From Rebecca billardiae RCC1528 (Eukaryota > Protista > Haptophyta), in NCBI GenBank assembly GCA_965240325.2, contig OZ251222.1, positions 124,001 to 188,000 on the forward strand: a stretch of DNA of 64,000 nucleotides, in the 5' to 3' direction. A program made the translations under genes and the position numbers. Below the pieces are notes generated by a model. It was given only the letters and a program-made list of their open reading frames with translations, made no database searches and was not told where the DNA came from. Shown one piece after another: positions 55,294 to 64,000 of this stretch. Position 1 is the stretch's first letter, and every line of letters begins with the position of its first letter.

Positions 55294-56479
55294 TGATGAT
55301 GATGATGATGTCATGATGACGACATCAGCATCATCATCATCATCATGACGATGATTCATCATCAGCATGTTTTAAATGATAAATCCGCCCGCGTCCCGCG
55401 ATCGACAGTAGCGTACCGAATTCCGAGAATTATGAGCCGGCCACCGCCGCGGCGCCGTGCAGGCGTGCAGCCAGTCGTGAGTCGGACCGTGTGACGTGAG
55501 ACTGTGCCTCTGTCACAGTCAGTCAGTCTGTGCAGGCGGCCCACGGCCACGGCCCACCGGGGCCGCGTGGCAACGCCGGAGTGAGAGTCCGACGGCAGGG
55601 CGCCCCAACGGGCACGCGCCCGCCGTGACGCGGACCGTCGTACGTCTGACGTCATATATTATAATTCGTCACTACTCTATATATATATATTCATTCGTCA
55701 GTCAGACAGTGTCACGGATTCTAATCACGCCGTAGCGGTACGGCCCGTACGCACGCGTCACACTGACTGCGTGGTCCGGCATCGGACCGCGCGGCGGCCG
55801 CGCCCGCGGGCCCCACTAGCCCCAGGTGCTTCGGGCCGCCGCCCAGTGGGCCAGCGGCGCGGCGCCGCGGTCTGCGGCGCGGCCGGCGGCGGGGCCGGGG
55901 GCGGGGGCGGCGCCGCGCCCCGTGCCCGGACACGCGTGCTGTACATCAACGGGTCTCAGGAGTGAGTGAGACGACGGCTATTCAGATAAGGTATTTCGTC
56001 TGCTCAGAGTAGTCGTCATTTAGTCATTTCGTCTACGTACAGACTACGCACTCTATAGTCTCACAGTGTGACGATGAGTGGCAGTGTTGGCGTGAAGTCA
56101 TCGACTCGCCGTCTGCTGTCCGCTCAATGATATATGTAACATCAGAATGTTACGGCGCGCCGGACCCGGGTCAGTGAGCGGGTCACCCGACGCGGGCCGG
56201 GCCTGGCGGCCGACCTGTGGGCGTGCCGCGTGCGGCCCCGGCCGCGCGGCTGCCGCGGGCCCGCGGGGCCCGGCCCGGCAGCACGATCGTGCGTCACCTC
56301 GGACCGCCGGGCCCGGGACACCGGACCTCTGTGAGGCGGGCGCCGCCCGGGTCCGCGGGGTCCGCCGGACCGGGCTGACTCCGATCCAGACTCCGGCTGC
56401 CTGAATCAGCACTCGGCGGCCTCGACTTCCATGGTGGCATCATGATCACCTGTTGCAGCGGACGAGTACTAGCTAGAGC

Positions 56480-57943
56480 CTAGAAGCGCGGCATCGGCCC
56501 GCCGCCCATCATGCCGGCGTTGCGGAAGGTGTTCATCTCCATGGCGATGCGCTCCTCCTCCGATGGCGGCGGATAGTAGGCGAACTCGACGGAGAAGTCG
56601 AGCTCGCTCAGCTCGCACAGCTCGGCTAGCCGCTCCGCGAGGCCCTTGTGGTCGACGTTGATGTACACGGGCAGTGGCTCAGACTCGTCGTCACGCATGA
56701 CGCGCACAACGGCGCGCAGCAGTTCAGTGGGCGATGGGACCGGATCCCGGCTCGTGCCTGTGCGCAGCACCCCGCCGGTGTGCCCGATGACAGCGAAGCG
56801 GCGATCGGTGCTTCCCAGCTCCATCGACGTGCAAGCGCGGCGCACCGTCCACATGACCGCGTAGTCGTTGCTGAGTCCGATGAACGGGCCCGGGCAGAGC
56901 CCTGCCAGCTCCTCGAGCAGCTGGCGCTCCGAGGCGGTGGGCTCCGGCGGCACGGCGGCGGGCGCCGCTGCTGCCAGGTCTCCCGGCGCCGCGGGCCTCT
57001 CCTCGGCGCCAGCGTCACGCGGTCGCGGGAGCACGGTGCCCTGCGCGCACGCGCGCTCGTACACGGCCTCGAGATCCCGAAGCAGGCGCTGCCGCGCCCC
57101 GCGCTGATTCGGGCCGGCATTCTGGTTGCCGAGCACGATCCCATCGTACACGTACCATCCTGCGAACGGGAGCAGGGTCACGCGTGCGACGACAGGCAGA
57201 TCCGCATGGACGTGGCGGCCGAGGGTGCCCACGATGCTGTCGGACATGCCAAGCGCGTGCACGACCGTCTTCTTGTCCATCGAGATCATGACGGTCCCTT
57301 TGCAGGCCACCATCTTGAATAAGTACCACTCGCCGCTCAGCCGCTCCGAGCCCCAGCGACGGGCGTCGCGCCGGACGAGCTCGCGGAAGCGGCGGCGCTG
57401 CTCCTCGCTGTAGTGCGTGGCGATCTTGCCGTTGTGGACCCACTCGTCCAGCAGCTCGTAAATACCCGGCTGCGACTTGGGCCCGCTCTCCCAGTATGTG
57501 TAGCAGAGGCCGTTCAGCACGAACACGTCGAGCATCCGGCCGCTCTGGACAAGCTTCTGCACGGCATTGACGCTGCGCAGCGTATAGCGCATGGCGTAGC
57601 GGTCGTTGACGATGAATCGCGCCATGTTCAGCATGGCGTAGAACATGTGGCCATCTTCTTCCGGGATCTTGCCGTCGCGCAAGCACTCCTCCGCCGGCGC
57701 AAACTCTGGGAGGCGAGAGCGACGCCGGCGCAGGTAGATGAGGAGGCAGACGAGCGGCACCACAACCGCCAGGGCGGTCCAGACCCATTTGCTTTCATTC
57801 GGATCGTGAGCTAGAGGCACGGCCCCCGATGTGCCGTCGACATTCGGATCGTGAGCTAGAGGCACGCCCCCCGATGTGCCGTCGACACCGACTGCGTCCT
57901 CAGCGACGGCGTCGGCGACGACGATGGGCGCGAAGAACAGCAT
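56480..57943 (-). CDS. Uncharacterised single-pass membrane protein with a 15-aa tandem duplication
   Basis: 487-aa ORF; TM helix WVWTALAVVVPLVCLLIYL followed by RRRR; 45-bp repeat 57796-57885; LLPFAGWYVYDG and YYPPPSEEE motifs. Confidence 0.7.
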   Translation of the reverse strand: MLFFAPIVVADAVAEDAVGVDGTSGGVPLAHDPNVDGTSGAVPLAHDPNESKWVWTALAVVVPLVCLLIYLRRRRSRLPEFAPAEECLRDGKIPEEDGHMFYAMLNMARFIVNDRYAMRYTLRSVNAVQKLVQSGRMLDVFVLNGLCYTYWESGPKSQPGIYELLDEWVHNGKIATHYSEEQRRRFRELVRRDARRWGSERLSGEWYLFKMVACKGTVMISMDKKTVVHALGMSDSIVGTLGRHVHADLPVVARVTLLPFAGWYVYDGIVLGNQNAGPNQRGARQRLLRDLEAVYERACAQGTVLPRPRDAGAEERPAAPGDLAAAAPAAVPPEPTASERQLLEELAGLCPGPFIGLSNDYAVMWTVRRACTSMELGSTDRRFAVIGHTGGVLRTGTSRDPVPSPTELLRAVVRVMRDDESEPLPVYINVDHKGLAERLAELCELSELDFSVEFAYYPPPSEEERIAMEMNTFRNAGMMGGGPMPRF

Positions 57944-58829
57944 CACCTTTGGCCGTCGTCGCGTAAAAATTAGTTAGGCGGCGCCTAAAAAAGGCAGCCG
58001 CGATTTTCAGTTTTGTGTATGGCGGGCCTTTTTTTTCCGCGGGCAGTGCTACTTGATCATTACGCAACGGGCGGGCCTAAAAAGTTACCATTTCTCGTGA
58101 TGAAGAAGACGTGTGATTCCCGCAGCCCTCCGTGCGTGTGCGCGCGCGCGCGTCCGGAGGCGGAAGGTGCCGACCGGACGCAACGCCAAATCGATTTATC
58201 GCCGCTGGCGCCAACGGCCCAATTGAGCAATTCGGCACTCGGCTGTATAGACACTATAGTTATCCTATTCAGACCTATAATTAGTAATGTTCCTATAGTA
58301 ATGTAGTAAATTGGCAAATGCTCCTATATAAATTTATTAATAATTTCGTACATTACATATACGTACATCAGCGTAGTTAATAGTAGTAGTAATAGCTTAT
58401 TCGTGTATATTGTTATTTGTTTATCGGTGGGGATATATTTTTACATGGACGGTCGCGGACAGTGACACGGGACAGAGTAACTACGAGGCGCGCCTTTGGC
58501 CTTGCCCGCCCTCGGCCCTTGGCGGGTCGCCATTCTTGTCACTGTCTGTGTCAGCCACGTCTGCCACTCGACGTACGCGAGGTACGACTACAACTACCGT
58601 AGATTCTAAGATAATAAGTCAATAACAGCATGCAGTTACACAGCGCCAGTTAGTCGATGACTAATAACTTTGCTAAACACGGCCCGCCATATGAATTAAT
58701 TTTTAATTAACTGACGACATGTACCGCAGATTGACGACGCAGTAAATATCACTTATGAAATAATCGGACACATTATATATATATATGATCGGCTACGCCG
58801 ATCTTCGAGTAGTTAACAACGAAGTTGAG

Positions 58830-61800
58830 GGCGCACGGCCCTGGTAGGCTCTGGCTGGTAGTTGCGTCGCGTTGGCTTCACCGCCAATCACACGGCACGA
58901 TGCTACCAGTCAGCAAAGCGCGCGGACGAAAATCAGTCAGCTCTCCGAGAGGGCCCCGGGCCTGCGCGGGTCCGGCGGTCGCGGCGCCGGGCGCGGGGAT
59001 GCTGTCAGCTTCCGAGCCCGTACAGCTCGTCGCGCGCGCTCGGGGTGCGCGAGGCGACGCGGTACGACGGTGGCGTGGACCACCACCTCACGCCTCGCTA
59101 CGTCGTCAGCGTGTACAGCCCGCCGCTGCCACTAGCGCCAAGTGGCACTGCTCGGAACAGCTCGATGCGTCGCGCGTCGTCGTTTGCGTCGACTAGTCGC
59201 TCGGCCGGAGGTGCAGCTGACGCGCTCGCCGAAGCAGCACCGCAGCCCCCGCTCGATGATGTGCGCGGCATGAAGTTCGCACCGAACGTCTTCTTGTCGC
59301 GGCCCGGTGCTGCCCGCACTCGCTGCGGAGCGACCACTCGAAGATGCGCGCAGCGTGACGTGCGCGGCGAGTAACTCCTCGTCGCGAGATGCGCTCCGCC
59401 CGCAGTCGCACCTGCCGCCGCGGCGTCCGCCGCTGCGTCTGCCACCGCGCCGCCCGCCACAGTGCCGCGCCAGCGCAGGCGCAGCGCCCGACCGCTGCGG
59501 CGCCCGCCCGGCCGCTGTCACGCCCGCATTCAGCAGGCCCGGTGCTGCCGCGCTCGCCGGGCGACGAATCGATACCGCGCGCGGCGTGACGTGCGCGCCG
59601 AGTATTTCCTCGTCGCGAGATGCGCTCTGCCAGCCGCCGCGCCCGCCACCGCTGCTGCACTCGCCGCGCCGCGCCCGGATGCCGAGTAGCGCCCGCCCGA
59701 CCGTCACGCCCGCCGTCAGCAGGCCCGACGCTGCCGCGCTGGCCGGGCGCCGCGGTGGTCGCGGCGTTTGATGCCGTCGCAGACGGCGTGCGAAGCGCGG
59801 CGTCGGTACCCGCCCACCCTGCACGATGTTGCCGCGCTGCAACCTCAGCTTGATCGCTGACTCCACGCCAACGCGGAGCTCGCTGAAGAGAGCCCACCCG
59901 CACAGTGGCAGTCTTCGAGCGAGCGCGGGCGCGCGTAGCTCGATCTTCAAAGAACGGAATCAAAGATACCAGCACCCGCCTATGGGGTTTGACCACCCGC
60001 ATATTGACGTCGTATCAGTAGATGACCAAGAGTATATCAGCAAGTCAGTAGCTCGATAGCCGTATGATATGAGAGCGCGCGGGAACGTCGGTTCCGGGAC
60101 TACCCGCGCAATAACATCTCGCGTCGAGCTTGATGAATATGAGGAGTGAACGACTATCAAAAGAATGTTCGATATCTCAGACCTTGTTTGCAATCTGTTC
60201 GTCAACAGGCGAATCTTGACTATCAGAAAGGTAGCTAGAGATGTCTTTGTCCTATTCGAGTTCGATTTCTTCTATTACTTACTATCCAAGGATTAAGGAG
60301 CAGTACAAACGCAATCATGAGCAGCGATATCGAGTCAAATGCGGATTTCACACCTAAATCCACCCACAAAAATCCCCCAAATCCTGCGCGCATCCTCTTT
60401 TTTGATTTTGCGGAGCACGTGCGCCGCCCCCCCGGCTTTCGCTCACGCTCAGACCTTTCGGCCTGTAAGTGAATTCGGGGGGGGCCGTGCGCCATGAATG
60501 GTGGCCCAATGCCTGCGCATAGGTGGGTCCCTGGCGATTTTCCAGCGGTCTTTTAAACATTTACCGGGTTCTCTGGCCGGATTTCTTTTCGCGCGGGGCG
60601 CGGCTCGGGAAAATCGCCGGGCCGCCGGCCGAGGTCCGATCTGAACGCTCCCGACGATGTCGGAGTGCCTCTCCAGCGCGACCGAGCCGCCGTGTGTCGG
60701 GTAGACTACTGCCAACACCTATCGCGCGCTCCAGCGCTTTGCGCGTGCTCACGGATGGGATCCGTGGTCACACATCCCCCGCCTGGCACGTGCCCGCATG
60801 TTTGACTCTCGCCCGGCTAGACGCGTACAGACAACTTGAATCGATCGGCAGGTGTTCGACCCGTGCCTTCGAGCAGGGTCACTTTTCGCTACAGGCGGGT
60901 CAGGCGACGGGAGGCATGGGTCACCATCAGGCATGTGCATACTCTTGACGCTCCCGCCATCTTGAGCAGCTCTACGCACCGTGAAGGTGACAATTGGGCT
61001 GCGCGCAAGCTGCTCGTGAGAACGCACGACAGCCAGCCCCGGGCTCTCGGGGAGCCATGTGAGCGATTGGCGACTTCCGAGAGGGCGTGTTTGGTGGGGG
61101 TTGGTACCAATAATCGACCAGCAGGCCTAGGATGGGTGCACTGAGGACTTGGGATGCTGAGAAGCCGCCGCGATGTGCATCGAGCACGCTGACTTGCCAT
61201 CCGTGTGCACGATCAAGCGCCAGGAAGATCAGCAGGGCCTTTGACAGCGGCAGCAGGCGCTCAGCGATCCTTCCCTATGCCGAGTGTGGGCATAATATGC
61301 GGTGCTCGAGCGTGGTCGCAGGATATGGGTCCATTCTTGACAGAACGCGGTCGCGTTGACAGGCGCGGGTGCCACCCCACGCTGTTGCTCCTGCCATCGG
61401 GTGGTCCCACTCGTTCCGCTTGTTATCTGCGAAGACTCGTACTCAGCAACTCTACGGCTAGGCGTGGTAGACCCCTCAGACGCATGTCTGATGATTGCCC
61501 GGCACGTTCTCGTCGTCACGTTGGGTGTACTTGAGCGAGCGGAAGCCGCAACGTGATGGCTAGGCCAGCAGCTCAACCATCTGACGTCTCGCCGGCCAAC
61601 TGGCTGAGTGCTCTCAGCCTAGCAGCAGCGTCGGTGAACCTATCGTATTGCTGCCTGGCAAGAAGATTGTAGGAGGTATCGTCGACGGCATGGGCTGCAG
61701 CTGCGGTAGTCGTGGACTGGTGGCGGCCTCACGCGGGTGGGCATACGACGACCGGTGACACGCGGAGTACGAGCACGAAAGCCGCCGAGCGCGGCAAGCT

Positions 61801-62250
61801 CCGGCGGTGGCGTTGGCTGATAGTCCAGCCTCGACGGCGGAGGGCTCCCGTGTGACGACGGTGGCATGCTCGGTGGCGGGCGATGATGCGTGCCTCGGCA
61901 CGCAGCCCGCCACAAACACTGCCACTCGCAGGCAGTCCGGTTGCGGCCCGGTTTGCCTGTGTCCGCGTCGCTCGGCGCCTATTCGATGACCGAACAAACG
62001 TACCCACATATCGGAACGAATTTGAATATATAGTGAGCCACATCCACGGTCAATATAAAGTGGGTAACCGTCGTTCTATATACGGGTAATTGTCTATATA
62101 CAAAGTGGGTAATCTGCTCGATCTTGCTGTAGTTTGTTGGAGGTATCCGCGCACAGCATAGAGCCCCACTCTTTGCTTCATAAAATGGTTCGGTCGGGTG
62201 TCAACGGTTGCCAATAAGTCATTCCGATCGCATGTCGCCATCTAGCCACC
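58830..62250. pseudogene. Decayed repeat/pseudogene-rich region
   Basis: Interleaved duplications (about 59353/59584 and 59503/59692); stop-interrupted protein-like frame on + at 59850-60320; no intact recognisable ORF. Confidence 0.35.
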
Positions 62251-62692
62251 ATAACCATCAAGTAACGCTTCGCAAAATCTCTATGTGACACTAGTGGCGC
62301 GGCGCGCGCGCGCTCGGCCGCGCGACGGCACGCGGAGTAGGTTTTGAGGTCGAAACTTTTGCTCCGCCCCGATGGGACGCATTTATAGCGTCGATTCTGG
62401 GTGAGAGACGAAATCTAGGACGCCATTCTGAGTGCGCCAGAACATCGCCCCAGTTGGGAGGGACCCACCTACTGCGCAGCTGTTCTGAGTGTTCACAGCG
62501 CGGCGCAATGACCAATGTCCCTGACGGCCGACCCGCCCGACGCCCCGTCTGCCGTCATCATTCGACATACAGCCGCCGATCCAGATTGCAGACTCCAGTC
62601 GTACGGATTAGCTGAGTTACACTAGCTAGTTTGGAGAGCACCTTGAGGACCGTTGGCCGTGGGAAGTCCTCTCGCCGTGCACGCGCCATCGG

Positions 62693-64000
62693 CTACACGT
62701 TTCCCCAGCAGACATACTTGGTCTCGAGGTACTCCTCGATGCCGAGCCGGTGGCCTGTCACGTGATCGAGGGCGCGCGCGACCGCGAGACGGTGTCATCC
62801 GGTGAGGCGCGCGCGCGACGCAGCGCGCGCTGCTCGTGCGAGCCCCACGCGGGTCGCGAGCTCCGAGGTGTCAAGGCGCGGGCGCGGCGTTTGCCCACCT
62901 TCGCGCCCCAGCCCAGATTCCTTGAAGCCTCCGAAGGGCGCCACCTCGGAGCTGATGATCCCCTCGTTCACTCCCACGATGCCGGCCTCGAGCGCCTCCG
63001 CAAAGCGCCACGCCCGGCTGATGTCCGACGTGCAAAAGTACGCGGCCAGGCCGGCGCGCGTGTCGTTGGCGAGCTCGAGCGCCTCCGCGTCGGATGCAAA
63101 GGTTGTGACTGGGATGAGCGGTCCGAAGGTCTCCTCGCTCCAACACCGCGCGCCAGCGTCCACGCCGCTGATCAGCGTGGGCGCGGCGAAGCCCGCGCCT
63201 TCAGACGCACTGCCGGCCGCGCGCAGCGCGGTCGCCGCTGGCTCGTCAAGGCCACCACACACAAGGCGGCCGCCGCGCGAGATGCAATCTTCGACGTGTG
63301 CCTTGAACTTGTCGTAGCCGGCCGCGTTGATGAGCGGGCCGATGGTGACGCCCTCCTCGAGCCCGTGCCCGAGCCGCTCCTGCTCCAGCAGCGCTCGCAC
63401 ACGCTCGCACAAGTCTGCGGCCACAGACTCGTGCACGAGCACGCGCGCGGGCGCGACGCACACCTGGCCGGCGTTGCGGACCTTGCCGATGACGAGCGCG
63501 CGCGCGGCGACCGCGAGGTCGGCGTCGGCGAAGACGACGAAGGGCGCGTTGCCGCCAAGCTCGAGAGCGACGCGCTTCACCTGCGGCGCGCACTGCGCGG
63601 CGAGCCGCTTGCCCACCGCCGTCGATCCGGTGAACGAGAGCATGCGTACGCGAGAGTCCTCGCACAGGGCGGCGCCCACCTCCGCGGCCCGCGCGCGAGA
63701 GCACGTGACCACCTTGAGCAGGCTAGCCGGCGCGCCCGCCTCCTCGAGGAGCAGGGCCTCAAGCGCGAGCGCCGTCAGCGGGGTCGCCTCCGCCGGCTTG
63801 AGCACGACGGGGCACCCGGCTGCGAGTGCGGGCGCCGCCTTGCGCGTCACCATCGCACAGGGGAAGTTCCACGGCGTGATGGCGGCCGCGACGCCGATCG
63901 GCTGCTTGAGTACGAGGAGGCGCCTGTCTGCTGTCGGCGCTTGAAGGATCTCACCGTGCACGCGCCGGGCCTCCTCGGCGTAGTACCGCACAAACGACGC
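62693..64000 (-). CDS. SSADH: Succinate-semialdehyde dehydrogenase (5' part outside the window); intron 62755-62898
   Basis: YYAEEARRVHG, QPIGVAAAITPWNFP.AMVTRK, KPAEATP, SFTGST, LELGGNAPF, NAGQVCV, EETFGP, PFGGFKESGLGREG|HRLGIEEYLETKYVCWG. Confidence 0.93.

Overview
GC-rich, gene-dense eukaryotic nuclear DNA. Short GC-rich GT-AG introns (about 120-190 nt, often GTGCGC...GCAG) and many signal-plus-transit presequences point to an alga with a complex plastid. A haptophyte, possibly Pavlovales-like, is my inference. About 22 protein genes can be supported, mostly in tight head-to-head pairs: PHPT1/aldo-keto reductase, LRAT-like/RluD, Med27/AIG2, OCA6/UBL-Ig, RoxA/U32(RlhA-like), NYN-LOTUS-SAP/F-box-WD40, permuted-papain/pyridoxal kinase and AtpA-like/Rpl24. 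The rest are PhyH, GNAT, PELP1/Rix1, GLYR, GDH, a TPR protein, an unknown membrane protein and SSADH. Several non-autonomous mobile elements lie between genes. (1) A 3.9-kb MULE-like element with a 9-bp TSD carries a decayed gene and a nested 1.5-kb TTAA-flanked palindrome. (2) Two inverted 1.56-kb Helitron2/Helentron-like copies bracket four genes. (3) An ORF-bearing element is bounded by direct copies of a palindromic TAGTA-N5-TACTA site that recurs at a second copy. (4) A TIR element has a 4-bp TSD. (5) There is a candidate solo LTR and a gag-like ORF at the window edge. Intergenic spacers downstream of genes show pervasive micro-duplication and micro-palindrome stutter. All protein calls come from motif recognition; no database search was run.
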